A stretch of DNA of 62,267 bases from the NCBI GenBank assembly GCA_017546805.1, contig JAFYRT010000015.1, forward strand, positions 1-62,267, given 5' to 3'. Shown piece after piece: positions 50,534 to 59,174 of this stretch. The stretch comes from Muribaculaceae bacterium (GTDB lineage: Bacteria; Bacteroidota; Bacteroidia; Bacteroidales; G3-4614). Made by a program: the position numbers and the translations under genes. Under the pieces are notes generated by a model, which saw nothing but the letters and a program-made list of their open reading frames with translations, did no database searches and was not told the origin of the DNA. Positions within the stretch are counted from its first letter, which is position 1, and the number at the start of each line of letters is the position of its first letter.

Positions 50534-51667
50534 GTGTCAAAGAGAATACACGTAATATCATTTCAAGTACCTTATCCTGCCGATTACGGAGGAGTAATAG
50601 ATGTCTATTATAAGGTAAAAGCATTAAAGGATGCAGGATACAAAGTAGCCTTGCACTGCTTTGCCTATAAGGGAAGAAAAGATTCACCATCGTTGCATAA
50701 CATTGCCGATGAGGTATATATCTACAAGCGCAACACATGTGTTTTAAACCGAATGTTGTTAAAGCCCTACATAGTAAAGAGTCGCCAATCAAAAGAGCTA
50801 TTGGAACGTCTATTGCAAGATAACGACCCTATACTATTCGAGGGACTACACACAACGCATCTATTATCGTCACCACTGTTAAAGGATCGCAAAAAATTTG
50901 TGAGAGCCCACAACATCGAGGGAGAATATTACAAATATTTGGCAGATGCAACAGTGTCGATGAAGAAAAAATTCTTCTTCAATTGGGAATCTCGAAGATT
51001 ACAACGATACGAAAAAGTATTGAGCAATGCAGATGTAATATTTGCAATAACCGAGAAAGAGAAGAGATATTTCACCACAACATATCCAAATGTAACAACC
51101 GAGTTGTTGCCATGTTTCCATAATGGAGCAGAAGACAGTGTAACCACATCGCAACGCGGAGCAGGCAAATATCTGCTATATAACGGAAACTTAAGTGTAG
51201 AGGAGAATCTGAATGCAGTCTATTTCTTGGCGGAGAGAGTAATACCATCGTTTCCCGAGGTAAAATGGATTATCGCAGGCGGAAATCCTCCCAAAGAGTT
51301 ATATGAGGTGGTTCAAGCAATGGATAATGTGGAGATAATAGCCAATCCATCATCAAGCAAAATGTCAACGCTAATAACCGAGGCGGCGGCAAATGTCCTT
51401 ATAACCTTCCAATCAACAGGAATCAAACTCAAACTAATCAATGCCCTATACAAAGGAGGACACTGTATAGTAAACGATAAAATGATTGAAAGCACAGGAC
51501 TAAAAGATGTATGTATGGTAACACACTCCGACAAAGATTTGATAGATACAATCAAAAAAGCCCTATCGCAAAAAATCACCGACGAGGAGTTAGCACTTCG
51601 TAAAGAGGTGTTACGCCAAAGCTACGACAATGACGAGAACATAAAGATACTAACTAAGTACCTTTAG
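50534..51667 (+). CDS. GT4-like glycosyltransferase
   Basis: PYPADYGG, RAHNIE, TGIKLKL. Confidence 0.82.
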   Translation: MSKRIHVISFQVPYPADYGGVIDVYYKVKALKDAGYKVALHCFAYKGRKDSPSLHNIADEVYIYKRNTCVLNRMLLKPYIVKSRQSKELLERLLQDNDPILFEGLHTTHLLSSPLLKDRKKFVRAHNIEGEYYKYLADATVSMKKKFFFNWESRRLQRYEKVLSNADVIFAITEKEKRYFTTTYPNVTTELLPCFHNGAEDSVTTSQRGAGKYLLYNGNLSVEENLNAVYFLAERVIPSFPEVKWIIAGGNPPKELYEVVQAMDNVEIIANPSSSKMSTLITEAAANVLITFQSTGIKLKLINALYKGGHCIVNDKMIESTGLKDVCMVTHSDKDLIDTIKKALSQKITDEELALRKEVLRQSYDNDENIKILTKYL

Positions 51668-51670
51668 TTT

Positions 51671-51756
51671 TTAATTAGGAATTAGTGTGGTGCTTCGCAC
51701 CGATTAGAAATTAGGAATGTTTTTAATTTCTAATTCATAATTCCTAACTCCTAATT
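51671..51756. repeat. AATTAGG heptamer inverted arrays with GGTGCTTCGCACC hairpin
   Basis: Direct reading; lies between convergent genes. Confidence 0.65.
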
Positions 51757-53216
51757 CATTTAAGAGGGCTATTCTCCAAAATACCGAGTAGGAAGTTCCA
51801 AAATTTTTCGACCGAAGCAATTTCGACTCTCTCGTCAGGAGAGTGGGGGTGAAGCATATTCGGACCAATAGAAATCATATCCATTTTTGGGTATATCGAC
51901 GATATAATACCGCACTCCAAACCTGCATGCATAACTTTAGTTTTAAGCTCTTCACCATAACATTGCCTGTAAAAATCCTTTGCAACATTTAAAATAGGAG
52001 AGCTCAAATTTGGAGTCCACGAAGGATAATCGCCAAATAGTTCAATCTCAGCGTCAACAAGCGAGTAAAGACTCCATAACTTTGAAACATAGTTATATTT
52101 TCGGCTTGCCATGGTTGAGCGAACCAAAATATGAATCCATGCAACACCATCATTACAGAAAACAACAGCCAAGTTCGAAGATGTCTCAACAGTATCCTCA
52201 AATCCCGGAATCATTCGCTCCACACCGTCAGGTGTAGCTTCAATAACATTAACAAACTTTCTTTGAAAATCAACAGGAAGAATACCTTTGGGCATATCCA
52301 CCTCTTCGCATATCAAGGCAATGTTGCTTTCAATAAGATTATATTCGTGGCGGAACAACTTTTTGAAAAGAGCCACCTCTTTAATAAAATCATCGCAGAA
52401 TCTATCCTCTATAACAACCACCGTTTCGGCACTGCGAGGAATTGCATTTCGAGTATTGCCACCATTAAATTCAGCAATTCTTGCATTATATGATTGAGAA
52501 ATAAAATTCAAGAAACGGAACAATAACTTATTGGCATTAGCCCTGCCTCTGTGAATGTCAACACCCGAATGTCCACCACTCAAGCCCTTTAAAGTCAATT
52601 TATATGCTTTACCTTCAATATCGCAAACCTCATTAATGTAGTTTAGAGTAGCCTTAAAATCGATACCACCGGCACACCCTATAAAGGCAGAGTCATCCTC
52701 TTCCGAGTCGGTATTAATCATAATAGAGTGTTTTAACAGCTCCTTGTCTAAAAGAGCAGCACCCTCCATGCCACACTCCTCATCAAGAGTAAAGAGAGCT
52801 TCAATTTTGGGATGAGCAATAGAGGAATCATCCAAGATTGCCAAAATAGCAGCAACACCAATGCCGTTGTCTGCCCCTAACGAAGTATCAACAGCCCTAA
52901 CCCAACCATTGTCAACATATAAAGTTAACGGGTCTGTCGCGAAGTTGTGAACAGAGTTAAGGCTCTTTTGTCCCACCATATCAATATGAGCCTGAATAAT
53001 AATACCCTCTCTATTCTCCATTCCTTTTGAAGCAGATTTATAAACAACAATATTGCCTGTGTTGTCTTTCGAATAACACAACCCTCTCTCTTTAGCAAAC
53101 TCAACAATATAATCCGAAATTTTTTCGAGATTATGCGACGTGTGCGGAATTTTACAAATGTCATAAAAAAACTTCCACACACAAGTGGGCTTAAGCGATA
53201 AAATCTGTTCTTTCAT
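51756..53216 (-). CDS. pepD: aminoacyl-histidine dipeptidase (M20)
   Basis: QAHIDMV, LGADNGIG, DEECGM, NTDSEE, GHSG, HAGLECG, HSPDE. Confidence 0.93.
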   Translation of the reverse strand: MKEQILSLKPTCVWKFFYDICKIPHTSHNLEKISDYIVEFAKERGLCYSKDNTGNIVVYKSASKGMENREGIIIQAHIDMVGQKSLNSVHNFATDPLTLYVDNGWVRAVDTSLGADNGIGVAAILAILDDSSIAHPKIEALFTLDEECGMEGAALLDKELLKHSIMINTDSEEDDSAFIGCAGGIDFKATLNYINEVCDIEGKAYKLTLKGLSGGHSGVDIHRGRANANKLLFRFLNFISQSYNARIAEFNGGNTRNAIPRSAETVVVIEDRFCDDFIKEVALFKKLFRHEYNLIESNIALICEEVDMPKGILPVDFQRKFVNVIEATPDGVERMIPGFEDTVETSSNLAVVFCNDGVAWIHILVRSTMASRKYNYVSKLWSLYSLVDAEIELFGDYPSWTPNLSSPILNVAKDFYRQCYGEELKTKVMHAGLECGIISSIYPKMDMISIGPNMLHPHSPDERVEIASVEKFWNFLLGILENSPLK

Positions 53217-53342
53217 AAACAATACTAAAAGAGTAAGGCTAAAATATCAAAAGGGTTGGGTAAATATGCAAAATAGTAACAGTACGCATCTATTCCTATA
53301 GAATAGTAACAACCATTATGCGGAAAAGTTCATTCTGCAACT

Positions 53343-54347
53343 CTATAATTTTAAACTGTTTTTAGATGTGTTTCTCTTATCAAGAGATATGGCAATAAAG
53401 GTATAAATACCCATAACAATAGTCATAATAAGTTGAGCACCATGAGCCACAAGAGCAAAAGCACCTGCGGTATCCTCGTTCAAGCCATAAAGAGTCAAAA
53501 TGCAAATAACCGCCCAATGCCAAGGGCCAATACCACCTTGAACAGGTAATCCCATTCCAATACTGCCAAATAAAAAGGCAGAGAACGCACATACAATACC
53601 AAGCGATTCGGTCTGTTTAAATGCAAAAAAGCAGACATATAACTCAATAAAATACAAACTCCACATCAAAACAGTATAAAATAGGAACAGCCATTTATCC
53701 TTCATCTGAAAAATGGTTTTAAACCCATTAATCAAGTTGTCGAACAACCCCTTGATTTTAACAATAATAGAGTTGTTGCTCTTGTATTTGAAAAGAAAAA
53801 TCAAGCCAATAACACCCGCGGCAATAACGCAGTAAAGTAGGGGAGAAGAAACTATTTTAACAACAGAATCCATAATGATAGGCTGTTCGCTCAAAAGCTT
53901 CATAACCATATCAAATTGCAAAAAGAAAGTAACAACGGTAATTGTGGCAACGGTAAGAGTATCGGTTACACGTTCCGAAATCATAGAACCAACCACCTTT
54001 ACAAACGATTGGTTTTCGCTGTGGGCAACATAACCGCAACGCCACACCTCGCCCATACGAGGAAATATAAGATTAACAGCATAAGTGCCAAAAATAGCGT
54101 TAACCAAAACTCTCATAGGAGGGTTGGCAGGCAGAGCTTTAAGTTGTAATTTCCAACGTGCAGCTCTAACAAAATGACTCAACATACCAATAATTCCCGA
54201 AAGCAGAATCCACCAATAGTTAATATCATATTGAAGAATCTTTCCAACCTCGTTCATATCCATTTTGCTATAGACATACCAAAACAATCCAAGTCCAAAA
54301 GCAAGCGGAATAATAAATTTGAATATATAAGATACTATTCGTTTCAA
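53343..54347 (-). CDS. lysylphosphatidylglycerol synthase TM-domain (UPF0104) flippase-like protein
   Basis: RAARW, PRMGEVWR, ER..D, PVQGGIG. Confidence 0.85.
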   Translation of the reverse strand: MKRIVSYIFKFIIPLAFGLGLFWYVYSKMDMNEVGKILQYDINYWWILLSGIIGMLSHFVRAARWKLQLKALPANPPMRVLVNAIFGTYAVNLIFPRMGEVWRCGYVAHSENQSFVKVVGSMISERVTDTLTVATITVVTFFLQFDMVMKLLSEQPIIMDSVVKIVSSPLLYCVIAAGVIGLIFLFKYKSNNSIIVKIKGLFDNLINGFKTIFQMKDKWLFLFYTVLMWSLYFIELYVCFFAFKQTESLGIVCAFSAFLFGSIGMGLPVQGGIGPWHWAVICILTLYGLNEDTAGAFALVAHGAQLIMTIVMGIYTFIAISLDKRNTSKNSLKL

Positions 54348-54488
54348 TTTTTTGAGAATTTAATTATCTTTGCGATATTGTACTTTCAATTAAAAAAACA
54401 AAATCGGTTACAAAGGTAACCTTTTTGCAGAAAAACGAGGGTATAATAAAACAAAAATATAGGATAAAAGCAGTAAAAATAGTTCAGA

Positions 54489-55277
54489 ATGGCAAAGTTG
54501 GTACGCCCCAAGAAGAGTTTAGGACAACATTTTCTAACCGACCTCGACATAGCACGACGAATAGCCGAAACCCTCTCCGAATACAAGGGAATGCCCATAT
54601 TGGAAGTAGGACCCGGAATGGGAGTGTTGACACAGTATTTGTTAGAGGAGAAGCATGATGTAACAGTAGTGGAGATAGATACCGAGTCGGTGGCATATCT
54701 AAACAAGAACTTTCCGCAATTATCGGGAAGAATCGTAGAGGGTGACTTCTTGCAGATGGATTTAGCCAAAGAGTTTGGTAAAAACCTATGCGTAATCGGA
54801 AACTACCCCTATAACATATCAAGTCAAATATTCTTCAAAGTATTGGATTACAAAGATATGGTTCCCTGTTGTAGCGGAATGATACAAAAAGAGGTAGCCG
54901 AACGATTAGCGGCAAAACCAGGTAGCAAAACCTACGGAATACTATCGGTATTGATGCAAGCGTGGTACAACGTAGAGTACCTATTTACCGTATCGGAACA
55001 TGTATTCAACCCACCGCCAAAAGTAAAATCGGCGGTAATCCGTATGACACGTAACGATGTCACGGAATTGGGATGCAACGAGCAACTATTCAAGCGAATA
55101 GTAAAAACAGCATTCAACCAACGCCGAAAAACAATGCGTAACTCGTTGAAATCCATAATAGAACCTGGTTCTCCAATATTGGCAAACGAAGTATTCAATC
55201 TTCGTCCCGAACAAATATCGGTAGCACAATTCATTGAACTAACAAATGAGATAGAGAAGCATATCGTTAAACTCTAA
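54489..55277 (+). CDS. rsmA: 16S rRNA dimethyladenosine transferase
   Basis: KKSLGQHFL, EVGPG.G, GNYPYNISS, PPPKVKS. Confidence 0.97.
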   Translation: MAKLVRPKKSLGQHFLTDLDIARRIAETLSEYKGMPILEVGPGMGVLTQYLLEEKHDVTVVEIDTESVAYLNKNFPQLSGRIVEGDFLQMDLAKEFGKNLCVIGNYPYNISSQIFFKVLDYKDMVPCCSGMIQKEVAERLAAKPGSKTYGILSVLMQAWYNVEYLFTVSEHVFNPPPKVKSAVIRMTRNDVTELGCNEQLFKRIVKTAFNQRRKTMRNSLKSIIEPGSPILANEVFNLRPEQISVAQFIELTNEIEKHIVKL

Positions 55278-55282
55278 AACAA

Positions 55283-56638
55283 TTGACGATGATAGAACTA
55301 TCACCCGAATATCTAAAAGAGATAAAAGAGATAATAGAAGAGAAAAATATCGACAAGATTAAGGAACTATTAAAAGACCTTCACCCTGCCGATATAGCTG
55401 AGATATATCAAGAGTTAAGCCTCGAAGAAGCCGAGTTTATATACACACTTCTTAAACCCGAAATAGCGGCAGAGGTGTTGATGGAGTTGGAAGAAGACGA
55501 TCGTCAAAAACTTTTGAAGCACGTCTCAAACGAGGAGATTGCGCACCAGGTCATTGAACAGTTGGACACCGACGATGCCGTAGACCTTATTCGAGAGATG
55601 GACGAGGAGGACCAAGAGGAGATTCTTGCCCATATCGATGACGTAGAGCAAGCAGGAGACATCGTTGACCTATTGAAATACGACGAGGATACAGCCGGAG
55701 GATTAATGGGTACCGAGATGGTAATCGTTAATGAGAATTGGAGTATGCCCGAGTGTTTGAAAGAGATGCGTAAACAAGCCGAGGAGATGGACGAAATCTA
55801 CTATGTATATGTAGTAGACGACGACCACAAGCTAAAAGGCGTGTTCCCTTTGAAAAAGATAATCACACACCAATCGGTAGCCAAGATAAAACACGTAATG
55901 AAACGTGAACCCATATCATTGCATGCCGATACCCCAATTGATGAAGTAGCTCAAGCCTTCGAAAAGTATAACCTTGTGGCAATGCCCGTAATCGACAGTA
56001 TCGGACGCTTGGTAGGACGTATCACAGTCGATGACATCATGGACGAGGTGCGTGAGCAATCAGAACGTGAATACCAATTGGCATCAGGTATCTCGCAAGA
56101 CGTTGAAGTTGACGACAGCGTCTTCACTCAAACCAGAGCACGTTTGCCATGGCTGATAATAGGAATATTCGGAGGATTGTTAAACTCAATTATGCTTGGC
56201 TCATTCGAAGATGGCTTTGCCGTAAATCCCGCCATAGCACTATTCATTCCATTGATTGCAGGAACAGCAGGAAACGTAGGAGTACAGTCATCAGCAATCA
56301 TCGTACAAGGTTTGGCAAACGGATCGTTAGACCTCCGCAATGCAGGAACACAAATCATAAAAGAGTTGGGAGTGTCGTTAATCAATGCGAGCATAATAGC
56401 CCTGATAACCTTTGGCTTTAATATATTCATGGGAATACCCGGAAGTCTTACAGTTGCGGTAAGCTTGTCGCTATTTGTAGTGGTAATATTTGCCTCAATT
56501 TTTGGAACGTTGGTACCCATAACATTGGAACGACTAAAAGTTGACCCTGCCATTGCAACAGGGCCCTTTATCACAACAACCAACGACATTGTAGGATTGC
56601 TGATATATATGCTCTGTTGCACAATGATGATGGCATAG
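55283..56638 (+). CDS. mgtE: magnesium transporter MgtE
   Basis: HPADIAE, CBS pair, RLPWL, GNVGVQ, DPAIATGPFITTTND. Confidence 0.96.
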   Translation: MTMIELSPEYLKEIKEIIEEKNIDKIKELLKDLHPADIAEIYQELSLEEAEFIYTLLKPEIAAEVLMELEEDDRQKLLKHVSNEEIAHQVIEQLDTDDAVDLIREMDEEDQEEILAHIDDVEQAGDIVDLLKYDEDTAGGLMGTEMVIVNENWSMPECLKEMRKQAEEMDEIYYVYVVDDDHKLKGVFPLKKIITHQSVAKIKHVMKREPISLHADTPIDEVAQAFEKYNLVAMPVIDSIGRLVGRITVDDIMDEVREQSEREYQLASGISQDVEVDDSVFTQTRARLPWLIIGIFGGLLNSIMLGSFEDGFAVNPAIALFIPLIAGTAGNVGVQSSAIIVQGLANGSLDLRNAGTQIIKELGVSLINASIIALITFGFNIFMGIPGSLTVAVSLSLFVVVIFASIFGTLVPITLERLKVDPAIATGPFITTTNDIVGLLIYMLCCTMMMA

Positions 56639-56683
56639 ACAAAGATAAAACACATATTGCAAACCCTTTAAAAAAAGAGAATT

Positions 56684-57565
56684 ATGAAAAAGTTAAGAGT
56701 AATAATTGTATTGATGTTATTAGTGGTAGCATCGGTAGCTTATGCAGAACCATTAAGTCTGCAAAACTCAAAATCCAAGAATAATGAGTATAACAAGTTT
56801 TCATTCCGTATTCAAGCAGGAGTGAATCTCTCTAATACATCGGACGATGTATTTGATGAGACTCATACGTTGATAATAGACGATTTTGATGAATACATAA
56901 ACGTGGTACCTTCAGTGGGTTATAACGTAGGATTGAGATTAGACAAACAATTTAACAGATACTTTGCAATTCAAACAGGATTGGACTATACCTTTAAAGC
57001 AGTAGAAATCTTTACAGAGTATAAATTAGATTTCCCAAGCGGAGAATACATCTATTGTAAAGATGAAGAAAAATATTCATTCCACTATCTTCAAATACCA
57101 TTGATGGTAGGAGCTAGATGCGACTTTGATTGTAACGTTCCCGTACAACTACAATTCAATACAGGACCATACATTGCTGTTGCATTGGCAGGAAAGCATA
57201 AAGTAGATGCCTATTTCGAAGAAAAAATCGCGGATGGTTACAATCCCACAACAGGAAGATATACATATACAACAACTAATGCGTCAGAAAAATATTCTCA
57301 AAATGCATTCGGGGATATAAACGACAACGAAAAAGCAGAGAGAATCGAAGATGAAGTATTGGGACTAAAAAGATTTGATATAGGTTGGAGATTTGACGTA
57401 GGAGTGGATATAAACAAATTTTATATAGGAGTAGCTTACGATTTAGGATTCTTTGATATCCAAAACGAGCAAGTAAAGAAAGAATATAAAAAGATCTATG
57501 GTGCAGGAAATTATGAACCATTCACAACAAGTAGCGCTTCATTTAACGTAGGTTACAGATTCTAA
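56684..57565 (+). CDS. outer membrane beta-barrel (porin family / OMP_b-brl_2-like)
   Basis: Signal peptide, AGVNLS, YLQIPL, GPY, terminal VGYRF. Confidence 0.82.
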   Translation: MKKLRVIIVLMLLVVASVAYAEPLSLQNSKSKNNEYNKFSFRIQAGVNLSNTSDDVFDETHTLIIDDFDEYINVVPSVGYNVGLRLDKQFNRYFAIQTGLDYTFKAVEIFTEYKLDFPSGEYIYCKDEEKYSFHYLQIPLMVGARCDFDCNVPVQLQFNTGPYIAVALAGKHKVDAYFEEKIADGYNPTTGRYTYTTTNASEKYSQNAFGDINDNEKAERIEDEVLGLKRFDIGWRFDVGVDINKFYIGVAYDLGFFDIQNEQVKKEYKKIYGAGNYEPFTTSSASFNVGYRF

Positions 57566-57591
57566 TAAAACATATCATCAAAAACATAAAT

Positions 57592-57630
57592 GGAGGCTGT
57601 GTCAAAATGCAAATTTTGATATCAGCCTCT
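57592..57630 (+). terminator. hairpin downstream of OMP gene
   Basis: GAGGCTG-TGTCAAAAT/ATTTTGATA-CAGCCTC. Confidence 0.55.
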
Positions 57631-57633
57631 TAA

Positions 57634-57745
57634 GATTTGTAAGAATTGATAAAATACAAGGCGTTTAAATTTAGGGCGAAAGGAGTGTACTTATGTACAT
57701 GACTGAGCCCTAATATTGAAAACAACACAGTAGTTTGTCAATTAT
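57634..57745 (-). repeat. structured intergenic repeat family B
   Basis: Reverse complement aligns with 42078-42186. Confidence 0.65.
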
Positions 57746-57988
57746 GACACATCGCCTTGTTTCTATAATTTTTGTAAAAAATATTTCACTGTAAATCAAT
57801 CTTTTAATTTTCGAAATAAAATAGAATGTTGTACTATTAAAAAAAAATGTTCAATTTTGTATAAATAAAGTTCTAATATTAAAGTATATAAGAAAAATAG
57901 CAAACAAAGAGTATACAAGAAAATAAAACAATATAAAAACACTAAAATAACTATTTGTTAAATAAAGCATTAGCTAACTATTCGGTAT

Positions 57989-58137
57989 CATCCTAAAACC
58001 TGAGAAATTTTAGAAAAAACAATACCTCGAATAAGTCGGTAAAATGCTCACGTATCTATACGTGGGCTTGGCTTATCCGGTATTGTGGGCAATCTCAGGG
58101 CCTAAGGATGTGGATAATGTCAAGTCCACATTTTTTT
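57989..58137 (+). promoter_or_regulatory. structured leader / attenuator-like element, copy 3
   Basis: CATCCT/AGGATG, CCTGAGA/TCTCAGG, ACAATACC/GGTATTGT, GCTCACGTA/TACGTGGGC; terminator ATGTGGA/TCCACAT plus T tract. Confidence 0.7.
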
Positions 58138-58190
58138 GTCCTAAGTAACCCATAATAGAGTAGGAGAGTCAATGCAAAAACACGTAAGAT

Positions 58191-58403
58191 ATGGAGCAAA
58201 TACACATTGGCTCAATAATTCGTTGCGAGTTACGCAAACAGAATAGGAGTAATCGCTGGTTGGCAGATCAAATTGGGGTGATACCACGCACCATAAACAA
58301 AATATTCTTGAAGCAAGATATGGATACGACACAACTCTTTCGTATCTCGAAAGCGATGCAAGTTGATTTCTTTTCATATTACTCAAAAGAGTTAAAAAAA
58401 TAA
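58191..58403 (+). CDS. small XRE-family helix-turn-helix protein
   Basis: IHIGSII...WLADQIG...INKIF...ISKAMQVDFF. Confidence 0.8.
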   Translation: MEQIHIGSIIRCELRKQNRSNRWLADQIGVIPRTINKIFLKQDMDTTQLFRISKAMQVDFFSYYSKELKK

Positions 58404-58426
58404 TCTCTTTTTATCCTAAACAACCA

Positions 58427-58464
58427 TATAGTCCAAAATGGGCAATTGCCCATTTTGGACTATA
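58427..58464. promoter_or_regulatory. perfect 38-bp palindrome, candidate operator
   Basis: TATAGTCCAAAATGGGCAATTGCCCATTTTGGACTATA; -7 element TAATTTTG at 58496-58503. Confidence 0.6.
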
Positions 58465-58539
58465 ATGATTCTTGTACTATATATTATCTTACATATAATT
58501 TTGAAAATATTAATATTACGTAAATTTATTTTGTGAAAT

Positions 58540-59172
58540 ATGAAAAATAAAATCAAAGAAGTATTGGAAAACTTAAAATTGAAACGTAAAGCATTCTGTT
58601 CAGAAGCAGATTTTCAGTTTGAGTTTGCCTGGGAATTACAAAAAAAATTACCTAAAGCAAAAATCAGATTAGAACGTCCAATATTAATAAATAAAGTTTA
58701 TTATATAGATATTTGGCTAATATATGAAAATAAATATTACCCTATTGAATTAAAGTATAAAACGAGGTTGTCAACTATTATAGATAATGGAGAGGAGATA
58801 GAGTTGGCTAATCATGCGGCAGTAGATTTAGGTTGTTATGCCTATATAAAAGATATTGTTCGTATTGAAGAAATTAAAAACAACATGGGCGAGGAAAAAT
58901 TTGGTGGAGGATTTGCAATAATGCTTACAAATGAACCATTATATTATAGGGATACAAAAAGAAATTCATCATATCAGCAATTTAAAATCTTTGAAAATAG
59001 GGAGATAACGGGTAACCTTTCATGGGGCAAAACACAAACAGGAAATGAATTTGCATTGAAGAAGAAGTTTCCACCTTTAAATCTTAAAGATAAATATAAA
59101 ATATCATGGTTCGACTATTCTATTGTTAATAACAGTCCAAATTTCAAATATACAATAACACACATAAAATAA
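58540..59172 (+). CDS. hypothetical protein with PD-(D/E)XK nuclease-like motifs
   Basis: SEADFQ, LE, IDIW, IELKYK; very AT-rich. Confidence 0.65.
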   Translation: MKNKIKEVLENLKLKRKAFCSEADFQFEFAWELQKKLPKAKIRLERPILINKVYYIDIWLIYENKYYPIELKYKTRLSTIIDNGEEIELANHAAVDLGCYAYIKDIVRIEEIKNNMGEEKFGGGFAIMLTNEPLYYRDTKRNSSYQQFKIFENREITGNLSWGKTQTGNEFALKKKFPPLNLKDKYKISWFDYSIVNNSPNFKYTITHIK

Positions 59173-59174
59173 TT

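Noticed and set aside
55200-55290. Mg2+ (M-box) riboswitch before mgtE
   Set aside because: mgtE starts 5 nt after rsmA, leaving no leader
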